In this document: piece by piece, positions 37,690-51,142 of the stretch
How the letters are laid out: every line of letters begins with the position of its first letter
Position numbering within the stretch: the stretch's first letter is position 1
The notes under the pieces: model-generated
What the model saw: the letters and a program-made list of their open reading frames with translations, nothing else
Told to the model about the DNA's origin: nothing
The model's database searches: none
Assembly (NCBI GenBank): GCA_052327205.1
Contig: CM126234.1
Coordinates: 9,362,001 to 9,426,000, forward strand
Source: Somniosus microcephalus
Lineage: Eukaryota
Reading direction: 5' to 3'
DNA: 64,000 nucleotides
Translations under genes and position numbers: made by a program

Positions 37690-40600
37690 GAGGCATGCTA
37701 CAATTTATTCACATACACAAGACCTAGACAAAAGTGGGAAACAAATGTTCATTGTTGGCCTTTGGAGCAGGGTCATGCAACCAGGCAAAAACCCAGCCTC
37801 AGATATGCTGCAAGAGAGCAGCATAAACAATAGCATATTGTGGAAGCTTGAAACCAGTGCCAACTAGTCTGCCGATTAAACAGGCGTAATAACTTGATTA
37901 TGGCACGCACATCATGTTGAGATGCACTTTCACATGGCCTCATTTAAGCTGGATCACTCTGAACATCAGCAAGTCCAAACTGCAGTTTGCATAATGTAAC
38001 AAGAGAAGCCTGAAAAGAAGTTGTTTAGACAAAAAACACACATCACCTAACCATCACTCAGCTGTATACAAGGCCTAGTCTGAATTGACCCCCTTGGTTT
38101 GGAGTCATCGTTGAGCTTGGAAAATTACAGAAATCAAAAATCTGAAAAAAGGGCTGGCTGGGGGGAGGGTGCAACCTCCTTTTAGTTAATGATATTCAGC
38201 ATCATCCAGAGGTAGCAATGGCTGAGAGTTAGGAGGAGCCAGCTACATTCAGATTCCAGACAAGATAGTAGCCGCTTTCTTTCTTGCAGGCTTATTAATT
38301 TGTTCAAAATACTCCAGTTGCTCTCTAATAGGGGCTGTGAGCCGTGATCCGTGATCCAGAGGCAACAGCAACAAGCAACCAACAACCATGTGTGAAGCCA
38401 GAGTTAGGCGACAGTGCCTACCTTGCCGGTGATGAAAAATGACTAGTTATTGCATTTAGCGCAGTGTTCAAAAGGCTTTCAGCACAAGTTATGTTAGATA
38501 TTATACCCAACTTGCAGCACTTTGCATCTTTAATAATCCATCACGCAATGATGCAACTCTAGAGAATAGAATCAAAGCTGCTCACAGCCACTGGTGCAGC
38601 GAGGAGGTTGCTGGATTGAACAATGGATCAAAATCAGGAAATGCAACTGTAGAGAAAAAAAGTGCTGTAGAAGGGTGAATAAACTACCATCTGCAAGAGT
38701 CTAGGGCTTTACTAGACATGGGAGGAGACCACATGTATTGATCACATGATTCCACAGAACCAAAATGGAGGATGAAGTGTTACTATTGAACCTACTGCTT
38801 GAATATGTGAATAGATTTTTCTCAAGATACAAGTTTTAAATCTTGACCAAAGTAGTACAGGTAATGCCCTATTTAAAGGAAGTCAACTTATGCCATTTAT
38901 CATGGTGCATGTATAGACCAGAGATGTGAAATTTTAGTGTTTGCATACAAGGTGAAAACAATGCAAAAACTACACAGCAGCAGCCCAGCTATGAATGAAT
39001 CTTTGCGCAAAATTTTCAGATGGTTACTTTAATAGCATTAGAAAGTTTACATGGCAACGGCATGGCGCTAGGTCAGCATTGCAGCAATTGCACTGGTACG
39101 GTAGCAAGAAACATTTAAAAAAGCCCAGAGCAGCTTTTCACATCACTCCTGAAAATTATAAAACCAGTACACTAGTCCTCTAGTCAATATTTATTGAAAA
39201 AGTGCTAGTTAACTGACCGCATTACATTTAAACAATGCACACCAGTTCAGAGTGCTGAAGACATTCTAGCCTGGTCAGGCTTCCTCTTTTCTTCCCCTTG
39301 GAAGAAAAATATGCAGTACAATACATGGACAATAAAACACCAGGTCTTTCTGCAGGTAGCATGAAAAGCAGCCACTGAAACATGAAACCGGTGATCGGAT
39401 TGGCCAACGTTCCCACAGAAGTTCCAGAAGTGGAGGTTAAGAATTGGACTAACCAAGGGTCTCTTACACAAACACAAGAGACTCAATTGTCAGAAAAAGC
39501 TTAGTTAATACCGCCATTGTTCACAAACTGCAGCCCATACATGTTTGGAAAAACCTGTTGCAACATTGCATTAACCATGTGTGTGAAGCCATGAGTACAA
39601 CAGCTCATTGCTTTGGAAGGGAGGGTGGCAGAGGAGCAAGCCTGCAATGGCTGGTGAAACTTCTAAGCAAACTGTTCAATTAGCTCTTCATTGGTTAAAT
39701 GCAAGAACCAATGGCTCATTTCAGTGCAAAACCCAGAGTGCACTTGGAGCAAACAAATGAATCTTATGGTGTTACAATACTGGCTTAAAGCAGCATTACA
39801 CTGCATTGTTGGCAAACCGGTGGGGCATTGACATACCCACAACTAAAAAAGTTGCAAACTGGTGAGTGGAAAGGTACAAATTCCACAGTTCATCTGCCAG
39901 AAAAAGCAGTGAGTGAAGAGTTAAATTTAAGACACTAAACTAAGTTTTACATTCCATTCTCTCCCCTTCCAAAATAAAAAGCCACAGATCACCTCAAGTT
40001 TGCAACAAAGCCATGCTTCCCCTCACCTCAACCCAAGAATGTTCTACATCACAAGTGGGAACTAGTCAAGGATTGGGCAGACTTGAGCATCACAGTATGC
40101 AGATGGAAGGTAGCATTTCATACATTAGACCATTGACCAATACCATTAAAAAGTGCACTACCCAACTAAGTTACTGCCAGACCAGGCAGTAGAGAGATTT
40201 GGCAGCAAGTCAAATAGAGACGAAACTTCAAGTGGCGTGGAGTCACAGCAAGCTGCTAGTGTCTGCTTTTCGTTCCACCTTATCGGTGTCTTACACTATA
40301 CAACACACCCTTATAGTACAAAAAACATCTTGGAATAAATTACATCACAAAATAAAATCCATTCTTTCCTAGTTAGACAGACAATTTTTACTATTTGTTC
40401 AGTCACACGAATAAAAACAAATACCTTCAGTCTTCCCTTTGGATCATCAGTCCAGTCTGCCCATAGGAAAACTAAACATTCATGCAAGTCACCCTTAGAG
40501 TCTGGTGCCAATTGGCAAGCCAAGCAATGAAGTTTTATAAAACAAAACAGCTTGTAACCAGCTCCCAATGAAGCTAGTTTGAAGACTGGTCCTCTTACTT

Positions 40601-41762
40601 TTGTATCTGAACAGAGCTTCTGCTGTCTTGGGGTTTACTTTCTGCACCCATACAAAGTGTGGCCATTTAAACATACAACTGGCATAGCTTTGAACAGCGG
40701 ATAGCCACAGAAATTGTAACAATGGCATCTACCCACAGATGGAGTGAAGAACCCCCCTTCTTTGGTCATAATTTTAGGGGTTGAAATAAAGAAAAAAAAT
40801 TGCATTAGGCCATATTAGTATCAAATTTAGCATTTCCTTGTCATGCAACAAGTTAAATTGATAAAACTAACATAGCACATGTTTGAAATGACTATGGTAG
40901 GAATGCAAGCTCAATACAATGCAGCTTAAATACATGGGTTAAGGAGGAGGATTTTAATGATGAAGTTGATCTCCCAGGGTAGCGTTTCAAATGTGAAAGA
41001 TGTAAAATATTTACTGGTGCAAAAAGTCACCCATTATTTGCAATAACTTGTGTACAAGTTTTAAATGCACTTAGCCCTAAATTGCAAACAATTCAAAACC
41101 ACCCTACTTCAATATACAAAAAAGTAGACTTATTGTTTGGAGTTTAAAAATTGGCTGCATTTTAGGACCAAGTACATTTAAAATCTTGGAAGGGGAAAAA
41201 ACCCACCAGAGTTGGGGATGGCAGGAGACTCAAAAGGGTCTGTAAATCAGGAAGCAGCAGCAACCAGGTTGGTGTTAATACAAGGAGGGAAGTGAAATTC
41301 AGAGCTGCTGTGGGGGGGGGGGGGGGGGGGGGGGCAGAAGAGAAGAGGGGGAAATCCAGGGTCTGGTGCTGCTTCTGGGAGTTTTAACTTGTGCTTGGTT
41401 GTGTTACAACAGCCTCACAAGGTAAGGGTGCTCTATGCATGAAGCTCATGGATGGTTGGCTGCAGGATGACTACGATAGGTAGAATTTGGACAGTACCAT
41501 TTACCTAGGGGGAGGAATGAGATGGGGAAAAAAGTGGGCACTCGGAGGTTGAAAAGTCATGTTCTTGGAAGTTTTTGATAAAAACACTAGTTAAAGATGT
41601 TGGACATGGCCACCATACCTGAAGATAACAGTGCAGAAACAGAAGACCCCCTCAAATTAGTGACCTGCAGTCATTTTCCACCCAAATTAGAGCAAGCCAG
41701 TGTTAATGAAAACAAAATTACAAGTTGCTTTGAACTATCATCCCCACCAGACTGCTGTGGTC
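37690..41762 (-). promoter_or_regulatory. tmem106c: Probable tmem106c 3' UTR with candidate polyA signals
   Basis: Repeat-poor stretch after the stop codon. Minus-strand AATAAA at 39190-39195 and 37704-37709. Confidence 0.45.
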
Positions 41763-41880
41763 TCAGTGGTTCAAAGGTGGTCTCCTGTATGCTGTAGAAT
41801 TGGACCCACAATCCAAATAGCGGTATGCTTCCAGAGAGTTCTGCGATGGATGTCCCAAATAAGAGCTTTTCACTGTGGTC
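41763..41880 (-). CDS. tmem106c: TMEM106C last coding exon
   Basis: ttttcag|(Q)TTVKSSYLGHPSQNSLEAYRYLDCGSNSTAYRRPPLNH*. Not present in the supplied ORF track. Confidence 0.92.
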
Positions 41881-41974
41881 CTGAAAAAGAGGAAATTCAA
41901 AACCCCACATAGTGGCAGGAATGTATGAACTGACTTGGTCACACACCAAGGAGGAGGCGTTTATATTGCTTTGC

Positions 41975-42180
41975 CCAAGGCTTTCAAGTACTGGTATTGG
42001 TAGGAGTGACCACTGCACAGTCTGTGAAGACAAAGTCCCATCTTGACACTGGAGGACACCCTCCATGTGTGGCACTACCACTGTGCTAAATGGGATAGAT
42101 TCAGAACAGATCTAGTAGCTCAAAACTGAGCATCCATGAGGTGCTATGGGCCATCAACAGCAGAATTGCATTCCAACATG
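41975..42180 (+). mobile_element. LINE ORF2 endonuclease-end fragment
   Basis: IGRSDHCTV ... WHYHCAKWDRFRTDL. Confidence 0.55.
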
Positions 42181-42858
42181 TGATCTGAATGTGCAGCTAC
42201 AAGTCTTCACAAATTCAAACCACTGCTAGTGAATTAATTTCCTCAGCTGTTAAATTTGTATCTTGTGCACATATTTTACCAGTTTCACTCATACAATGAT
42301 AATCTCAAGTATGCAAATCAGAGTTAGGTGAAGTGGTAGGCTGCACAGAACATGGCAATTATGGGTGTAATGGAAACCTTGACTGGAGAGCAGAGAAAGA
42401 TGGGGGGGTAAGGCACAAGTGGGATACAACATTGGATATAAACAGTTTAATAGAGATAGATGTGTCAAAGCAGCAGCGAGAGGATAAAGAGCAGTGCCAA
42501 ATTAAAGCAGCGCGAGGCTCTGATTCAAAAACAAAGTGATGTCACACGGGAGAGCAGGTAGGTGAGTATTACAGCTCTTTTTTGCTCCAAGTTAGGAAGG
42601 GGTTAAATTAAGAGCCGAGAAACTAGCTTGCTAGTAATTATTAAATTAACTAAATAAACCTAAAATATCAATTGAATAAAATCTAACAAATAAATCAAAG
42701 GTTAGAGATGGCAGGAGGTGTGTTGTAACTGCAGCATGTGGGAGTCTGTGGTGGCATCGCAAGCCTGAGCAACCACAACTGCAGTAAGTGTCTGCAACTT
42801 GAACCTCAGCTCAGAACTGTTAAGCTGGAGTACAAGCTGCAGACATTGTACTGCGTCG

Positions 42859-42895
<37 letters not shown>

Positions 42896-43335
42896 GAAAA
42901 GTGTTACCGGGACACTGTTCAAAGAGGCAGTCACACCCTTTAGGTTAAGTAGTACTAGAGAGTTAGTCAGTCAGTGGTCAGGGACAGGAGGGCATGACTG
43001 CGAATCAGGAAGGTATGGAGAACCCAGAATGTAGCAATGGAGGAGACTCAGCCCTGACCTTGTCTAACAGGTACGAGGTACTTTCTACTTGTATTGATGA
43101 GGAAAAGGACTGCAGGGAGGATGGGCAAACTGACTACAGCACTGTGGTACAGGGACCATCCAAGTTTTTTTTTTTTTTTTTTTGCGGGGGGGGGGGGGGG
43201 GGGGGGGGGGGTCCCCCAAGAGAAGGAATGTAGTAGTTCTCTGCAGCTGTGAAAGAGTCCCAAAAGGTGGTGGTGGATATCTCCTCACAGCTGGAAAATA
43301 ACTGAGTGGGAGGAGGGGGGGGGGGAAGGGATCCA

Positions 43336-43786
43336 GAGAAACAAAAATAGGAGCAGGAGTCAGCCATTCAGCCCTTCGAGCCTGCTCTGCCATTCAATAT
43401 CATGGCTGATCCTCTCTACCATATTCCTGCTCGCCCCATACCCCTTGATGCCTTGTGTCTAGAAATCTATCTCCTCAAATATATCCAGTGACTTGGCCTC
43501 CAAAGCCTTTTGTAGAGAATTACACAGGTTCATCACCCTCTGAATAAAGAAATTCCTCATCAGTCCTAAATGCCTACCCTGTATCCTCAGACTGTGGCCC
43601 CTCAGTCTAGACAACCCAGCCAGGGAAACATCCTCCCTGCATCCAGTCTGTCTAGCCTGGTCAGAAATTTATACATTTCAATGAGATCACCGCTCATTAT
43701 TCTAAACTTGTGACTACAGGCATAGTTGACCCAATCTCTCCTCAAGACAGTCCTGCTATCCCAGGAATCAGTCTGGTGAATCTTCA
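43336..43786 (-). mobile_element. CR1 3' fragment inserted antisense in the older CR1
   Basis: Reverse of the tail (AAATAGGAGCAGGAGTCAGCCATTCAGCCC) and peptide GDLIEMYKFLTRLDRLDAGRMFP. Confidence 0.8.
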
Positions 43787-45085
43787 TGTAGGAACCAACG
43801 ACTTAATTCTTAGTTCTACCCAAGAATGAGGTTCTGCTGAGGGAGTTGTGGTTCTGCTTATTAATTTAGACCCTAAGGGTAATAATCCCTGGATTACTAC
43901 CTGAGCCATGTGCAAATTGGCATAGGGTCAAGCAGATCAGGAGTTAAATGTGTGGCTCAAAGAGTGGTGTGGGAAAAAGGGGTTTCAATTCATGGGGCAC
44001 TGGCACTAGTACTGGGGAAAAGAGGGAGCTGTTCTGTCAGGATGGGCTGGGCATCAAATAACTAGGGCTGTAGATCAGGCTTTAAACTAAAAAAGGGCTG
44101 GCATCAGGCGAGGGGAAATTTAGAAATCTAAAGAGAAAGGTCAAGGCCATAGAGCAGTGTAGCGATTTGGGTAAAAATAAGCAGAGTGTGACAGGGAGGG
44201 ACAGAGTTTAATGGTAGCAGTGCAGCAGAGAATAATGGTAAACAATTTAAATTAAAGGCTCTTTATCTGAATGCACAAAGCATTTGTAACAAGATAGATG
44301 AACTAGTGGCACAAAGATAAATGGGTTTGATCCAATAGCCGTTGACATGGTTGCAAGGCTGGGAACTAAATGTGAGGGTACATTACATTTTGAAGCCAGG
44401 CAGAATGGAAAAGGAGGGGGGAGTAGCCCTGATAATAAAGGATGACAAGGACAGTAGCAGGAAAGGATGTTGGCTCGGAAGATCAGGAAGTAGAATCAGT
44501 ATGGGTGGAGATAAGGAGTAACAAGGGGCAGAAAACCCTGGTGGGAGTAGTATATAGGCCCCCCTAACAGTAGCTATACCGTTGGACAGACTATTAAATC
44601 AAGAAATAGTACGAGCTTGTAACAAAAGGTAATGCAATAATCCTGCAGGACTTTAATCTTTAGACTGGACAAATCAAATTGGCAAAGGTAGTCTGGAGGA
44701 CGAGTTCATGGAATGCATTTGGGACAGTTTCCTAGAATAAGTCATGGAACCAACCAGGGAACAGGCTATTTCAGATCTTGTATTGTCTAATGAGACAGGG
44801 TTAATTAGCAATCCTCTGGGGCAGAGTGATCATAGTATGATAACTGAATGTGAAATTCTGAGAGTGACTTGCCCAAGTCCAAAACTAGAGTCTTAAACTT
44901 AAATAAAGCCAATTACATAGGTATGAGGGGGCAAGTTGGCAAAGGTAGATTGGAAAAAATAAAGAGATTAAAAAAGGTATGGTGGTAGATAAGCAGTGGC
45001 TAGCATTTAAAGAAATATTTCATAATTCTCAAAAATACATTCCATTGAGAAACAAACTCCATGGGAAAAGTGATCCAACCATGGT

Positions 45086-45220
45086 TATCTAATTTTTTCC
45101 AGTTCTGACGCAGGATCATCGACCTGAAACATTAACTGTCTCGCTCCAGATGCTGCCTGGCCTGCTGAGTGTCTCCAGCATTTTGTTATTTCAGATTTCC
45201 AGCAGCCACAGTATTTAGCT
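45086..45220 (+). mobile_element. Penelope-like terminal fragment with degenerate hammerhead-like motif
   Basis: CTGACGCAGGATCATCGACCTGAAACATTAAC...GATGCTGCCTGGCCTGCTGAG. It interrupts the CR1 ORF2 segment PWLT/KEVKDSI. Confidence 0.55.
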
Positions 45221-46996
45221 ATTGTAAAGAAGTTAAGGATAGCATTAGATTGAAAGAAGCAGCTTATAATGTTGCAAAGAATAATAGTAAGCCTGAGGAT
45301 TGGGAGAGTTTCAGAAACCAAAGGTTGAGCAAAAAATTGCTAGAAAAAAAAAAAAATCTAGCAAGAAATATAAAAGCAGATTGTAAGAGTTTCTACAAGT
45401 ATGTAAAGAGGAAGAAAGTAGCAAAAGTAAACATTGGTCCCTTAGAGACCAAGACAGGAGAAATTATGGGAAGGAAATGGCAGAAACATTAAACAAATGT
45501 TTTGTATCTGTCTTCACAGAAGACACAAAGCATACCAAAAATGGTGGGGAACCAAGAGTATATGAGGAACTTAACAATTAATACAAGTAGAGAAAAAAGT
45601 ACTAGAGAAACTAATGGGACTAAGTGCCGACAAATCCCCTGGACCCGACGGCCTACATCCTAGGGTTCTAAAGGTGATTGAAGAGATAGTGGATGCATTG
45701 GTTTTAATGGTCTAGATTCTGGAGAGGTTCCAGCAGATTGGAAGGTTGCAAATGTAACACTGCTATTCAAGATAAGGGGTAGACCATTTAAGACAGATGA
45801 GGAGGAATTTCTTCACTCAGTTGTGAATCTTTGGAATTCTCTGCCCCAGAGGGCTGTGAATGTTGAGTCGGAGTATATTCAAGGCGGAGCTCGATAGATT
45901 TTGGGACTCATGGGGAATCGAGGGATATGGAGATCAGGCGGGAAAGTAGAGACGAGGTCTTATTGAATGACAGAGCAGGCTCGAGGGGCCGTATGGCTGA
46001 CTCCTGCACTTTGTTCTCGACTCCTCAACCCCATCATTATAGAAAACAAAGGATACAATAAAAAAAACACAAGCAGGACATCAAATCTTCCCAGATGTAG
46101 GTGAAATTTACTGGCAAGAGTTTACCACAGACTGCCAGGCCAAACATTTAATGAGCTATTTTGCAGAGATTTAGGAAGAGAATCTAGCAACAGTAATGTT
46201 TCAATAATGGATGTTTAGAATGGCATTGGTGTACTGCTGAATATGGGGCAAGGGACCTGCACAATATATTAGAGGGTCTAGAAAATAAAGTTGTATTTTG
46301 CTTCATTTGACCAATAACAGGAGTGGAGGTGGGAAAGAAACTGATCATGGTCAGGGAAAACAAAGTCAGAAGACTTTTAAAAACTTTAGGAAGACAAGTT
46401 TAAGAGCATGAAGGCAAGAGAATGGGGCAGTGTGGTAGCTAAATGAAATGATTGAGAGGGCAATGACAGTACAGTTCAACACAAGTGAGGGATTACATTT
46501 TGGTAGGAAGAATAGGGAGGTCACAAGTCTAGGTAGAGGAACAAAGGGATCTCGGAGTACAAATACACAAATCACAAAGTTGTGACAGGTTAGCAAGGCC
46601 ATAAAAAGAGCAAACCAAGCACTAGGGTTTCTTTCTAGGGGGGGATAGAACTGAAAAGTAGGGAAGTTATGCTAAACCTGTATCGAACCTTGGTTAGACC
46701 ACACCGAGTACTGCGTACAGTTCTAGTCGCCAGATTATAAAAAAAAAGAGGCACTGGAGAGGGTGCAGAGAAGATTTACAAGGAAGATACTAGAAATGCA
46801 AGGGTATACACATCAGGAAAGGATGAACAGGCTGGATTTCTTCTCTTCAAAAAAGACCAAGGGGTGACCCTAATAGAGGTCTTTAAAATTATGAAAGGTT
46901 TCAATAGAGTGGATACAGAGAATGAAGAGCATAACTAGAGGCCATCAATAGAAGATAGTCACCAAGAAATCCAATAGGGAATTAAGAAACTTCTGA

Positions 46997-47730
46997 AAGA
47001 CTTGCATTTCTATAGCACCTTTTACCACCAGACATCTCAAAGCACTTTACAACCAATGAAGTACTTTGGAAGTGGCGTCACTGTGGGAAACGTGGCAGCC
47101 AATTTGCACACAGCAAGGTCCCACAAACAGCAATGTGATAATGACCAGATAATCTGTTTACAGGAAACCTTTGGTTTATCCGGAGGTGAACTGTCTGGAA
47201 TGCTCGAGCCACTGGCAAAATTCAGGAGTCAGTTCAGTAAGTTTTTTTTCTTTTCGTTGCTTTTTTTTTCCCCCTTCACCAGTCAGGCTCTGCAAGGTGT
47301 AGCTAAAGCTGTTGCTTAGCTACAGAGGCACTTGCAAGCTACGGCTGACTGTTTAGAAGCTGTTGCTAAGCAACAGGGTTTGTTGCTAGATAGAGAGCTC
47401 AAAAGCTTCTGTAGGTTTTAACATTAGCGCTGGTTTGTCCGGCAGTTTTGATGGGACAGCAACAGCTCAGTCCCGTCGGTGCCGGATAGCACAAAGTTTC
47501 TTGTATTATGTTGGTTGAGGGATAAATATTGGTCAGGACACCAGGGATAACTCCCCTGCTCTTCTTTGAAAGTGCCATGGAGTCTTTTACATCCACTAGA
47601 GAGCAGATGGGGCCTCAGTTTAACATCTCATCTGATCTGAAAGACAGCACCTCCAACATTGCAGCACTCCCTCAGCATTGCACTGGAGTGTCAGCCTAGC
47701 TTTGTGCTCAAGTCCCTGGAGTGGGATTCA
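46997..47730 (-). mobile_element. DeuSINE (SacSINE1-like) split by a MITE
   Basis: 46997-47160 and 47506-47730 join into one collinear copy. Confidence 0.8.
47161..47503. mobile_element. Tc1/mariner-pogo type MITE, 343 bp
   Basis: Imperfect TIRs CAGGAAACCTTTGGTTTATCCGG and CCGGATAGCACAAAGTTTCTTG, flanked by TA on both sides. Confidence 0.7.
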
Positions 47731-48681
47731 GTGGTATGTGGAACTCACCATGGAGTGGTTGAAGCAAATAGTATAGATGAATTTAAAAAAAAGGGGAGGC
47801 TAGATAAGCATGAGGGGAAAAGGAAGAGGGTTATGCTGAAGATTTAAAATGAGGAAAGACAGGAGGAGGCTCATGAAGCATAAACACTGGCATGGACCAA
47901 ATGGCCTGTTTGTGCCATATATCCTATGTAGTACATAGAAGTAGGAAGAGTGGCAAGAGTGAAAGAGCTTGGATGTCAGGGAAGACAATACTAGCTACTG
48001 GGATAAAGCTTTGCCAATATTACAAATGGCAGCAAAAGGATAGGATCAGTGTAAAGGAAAACCTCAATGCAAAAAACCATTAAGAGAACTAAGCAAGCTT
48101 ATGAATTTAGAATGATTAGGGAGGAGTACACATCTTTCAAGTACATGAAAAAGGGAAAGAAAGCATAGGACTGCTGAAAGCAGTGATTAGTGAAGATACA
48201 GACATAGCCAAAGAGTTAAGTCAAGTTATTTAGTTCCATATTTGTAAGAGAAAAAGGACAGAACAGGTGCAGTAGCAAAGTGAATGTTTCAAGATAGATT
48301 CAGGGGTTTAAGAAATTACTACAGAGTTAATAGGTGGGTAACTGACCAAGTGAATAAAGCACTTGGGCCAGATGGAAGTCATCCTTCAACACGAGATGTG
48401 CTGGAATATTTAGGGAAATAGAACAGTTCTGAATAAATCTGCTCCTAGGCTGCCTTTGACCAGCCAGCCATTCTAGAGCCTAAAACAGTAATGAAATGTG
48501 ATTGAAGTAGAGCTCTTTTTATTGGACAGTATAGTAGAATGCATTTCTCTTTCGTGTTGCCAGAAGAATTTTATTTCTCATTTTAAATATCCTTCAGGAC
48601 ATTTTACCAAAATCATTTCTGTACTATTTAAGTAATGAAGTCTGTTCTATTCAGTTATTAAATAATTTTTAAAGAACTTAC

Positions 48682-48735
48682 TGCATGAAGACAACAATGT
48701 TGTGGACCTTGATTGATGGCATTGTGCAAAAGGTG
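48682..48735 (-). CDS. tmem106c: TMEM106C exon, 54 bp
   Basis: cacag|(Y)TFCTMPSIKVHNIVVFM(Q)|gtaagt. Confidence 0.93.
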
Positions 48736-50141
48736 CTGTGGAAGAAAAAACCTGCTTTGGTCAATAAGTCAGAATAATGCAGAGAAGTCTTCACTGCACT
48801 ATCCCTTTGAGCCATGGTAACTGGAAGGAATGTTACAGGTCACTGTCTGAGCAGAGCGCCTTCAGCACAAAGGCTACATAGCAACAAGGTTACTTCCCAT
48901 CCTCACAGCTGATCTTGCTCAAGTTCTTGAAGAAAAATGGGGAATACTTTCTACTATATATAGTGTTTGGGGGAAGGAGGGAGAGCATTGCAATTGTTAT
49001 AATATTAATGAAAAAAGTTGAGGGGCAAAGAGGGATTTAAAAAAAAAAGGCTTTACTGTCAAGTCAAACATATCAAGCAGTTTAAAAATCTGACTTATTG
49101 CTTCACCACCTCAGGAAAATCCAGAGGTTTCAGGTTTGAAAAGACAGCAGCCACATACCATCAGGATCTTCCAATCTCCTACCAACTGAACAGTAAACAA
49201 TTTAATACTAATTAAATGTCAATTACTTGCCAATTTAAAGGCCTTTTTTGGCAAGAGGTTAAATCTGGTTTCTCCAAATGTTATTGTTGAGATGGAGTAT
49301 TTAGAAGTGGATCTACAATCTGGGAGGTTGCAGTGACAGCACTAGCTCAAGACAAACATCAGCTCAGGTTTGTAGACTGGGGAGGATTCATTACATTCAG
49401 CTTCCATTGGATGGATGGCCAGAAGAATGTTCACTAACAGTAAATTTCACCGAAAAATAAACATTTGCTTCAGGGAACCGAGAAAGCAACTCAAGAAAAA
49501 TTGCACTTGATAATTGCTTGCTTATACAGTAAGCCAGTTGTATGTGATCTAGAAGGAAAACCATTTAAAATACATCTGAAATAGTTCTCTATTTTACCTG
49601 AACATCTCAAAAGTTCAGGAATAAAAAGCAGAGAAAAAAAAACTAGTCTGGTGTATTTGTAGTAATACATCTGCAGCATTAGACAGTGGCCAATTACTGC
49701 CAGTTCACATTAAACACCCAGTCCCTCAAAATGTAGACACTTCAAAGTTTAAACATTAACATCCGAATTTCACATTTCTAACATGCACACAAGCCAGGGA
49801 ACAAATTACAATATAAATACATTTTCTTAGAAAGATTGAATTTACTACTATGCAGAACAATTTGCTCATCTTTTCTTCCTTTTGACAAAGATCTGCTAGA
49901 GTTACAGCTTTTAAAAACCATCTGATCTGACTTGACTATTTTAACTGAAGTGTGCAAAGAAAATTCCTTTCAAACTGGAGCTATTGGGACAATTCTGCAT
50001 GTGATCATAAAGCAGGCATTTGGTTGGTTTCCCAAAATTCAGTGGTAGTACAGATTTATTGAATGAGTCATGATTAGCACCAGTTGTAGGAGGCATGCTG
50101 CTGGCATTCAGGGCAGCAACAAACAAAAAAACTGTACTTAC

Positions 50142-50191
50142 TATACATATGCTAGGGGTCCACTAAATTCCATCCGAACCGTGTAGTTCAC
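50142..50191 (-). CDS. tmem106c: TMEM106C exon, 50 bp
   Basis: tgcag|VNYTVRMEFSGPLAYV(Y)|gtaagt. Confidence 0.92.
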
Positions 50192-51001
50192 CTGCAAGAT
50201 TAGGTTTACAGATACAAGAGGCAGTCAGTCATTAACAGTACAACCCAGATGTAAAAAGTTGAAAAATATGTTACCATTTTCACTTCCAATCGAATGTAAT
50301 GACCAGATGAAGTCTCATTAGCTACAAGGATGCTGTGTGAACATCTAATCCAGTTCCAAAGAGGCAGAAGCCTATAGTATCAATTGAAACCCAATGAGAT
50401 TCCCTGGAATGACCTTTAACTTGTCCCAGGTTCAAGATGGTAAGTAGTGCATACGCATGCAGCCATTTAGTTATCCACAGTTCATGATCACCAGTCTGCC
50501 CTGGGTCTTTGCACAAACAATTGCCAAGGCTGCTTAAATTACAGTACGCAAGAGTCAACAACATGGGCACTAAGCATCTACATAGGCAAAGTGACATTCC
50601 AGTCCTGATGTGTGGAATTAGAGAAGCTCAAGTGAAAGCAGGAAACAACGTCAGGTCAAACTCCAGGTAGGTCTCAAGAATTACCAGCAGAATAGCAAAT
50701 CAAAAGCATATGGGAGGGGGGGGGGGCACCTTAGGCACCAGTTTAGCCTGAAACTGGCACAGCACCATCAAATTTCTATGCCTGTGTCCCAGACAGACAG
50801 GGAGGTGGAGCGCAAGAAAGTGAATTTACATACCAGCACAGATCCAGCAGCTTTATGATCTTTAAGTCAGAAACCAGACGTAATACTCAGCAAGGAACTT
50901 ACCCAGAATCTAACAGGAGGGGTGGGTGGGGAAAGGAGGAAAGAGGAAGAGTAAGGGAGACACAAGGGAAGGCAAAATAAGTGCACAGTAGAAGTGGTTA
51001 C

Positions 51002-51142
51002 CTGTTTTTCACTTAGAGGTGGTATAACAGAAACATTATTCAGCTGCTTTGTTCCAATCACAGTGTTCATATACTGGACCTGGCAGGTGAGTGTATCCAC
51101 AGAAACTGTATAAAAATTGGAATTGCTAATGTTGAGGGTGCT
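51002..51142 (-). CDS. tmem106c: TMEM106C exon, 141 bp
   Basis: ttcag|STLNISNSNFYTVSVDTLTCQVQYMNTVIGTKQLNNVSVIPPLSEKQ|gtaacc. Confidence 0.94.

Larger units (their letters stand above)
42480..46020 (+). mobile_element. Older CR1 LINE related to the 25849 family, with the RT core deleted (junction ~45772) and nested insertions
   Basis: ORF1 remnant from 42708 (CSMWE, CSKCLQL, LSNRYEVL), endonuclease remnants at 44255-44840, 3' tail GACTCCTGCACTTTGTTCT. 5' boundary approximate. Confidence 0.85.
46390..47930 (+). mobile_element. Decayed CR1 RT C-terminal and 3' fragment, interrupted by a SINE
   Basis: LNLYRTLVRPH and ALERVQRRFTR, with a 3' tail near 47880-47930. Confidence 0.7.

Noticed and set aside
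38384-39596. Repeated motif AACCATGTGTG(TG)AAGCCA at ~38384 and ~39573
   Set aside because: Only ~17 bp, two copies and no extended flanking similarity, so it cannot be distinguished from chance.
40495-40728. RTSLQTSFIG as the possible last tmem106c exon
   Set aside because: No good acceptor and no DCG motif. The exon at 41763-41880 fits in phase and sequence.
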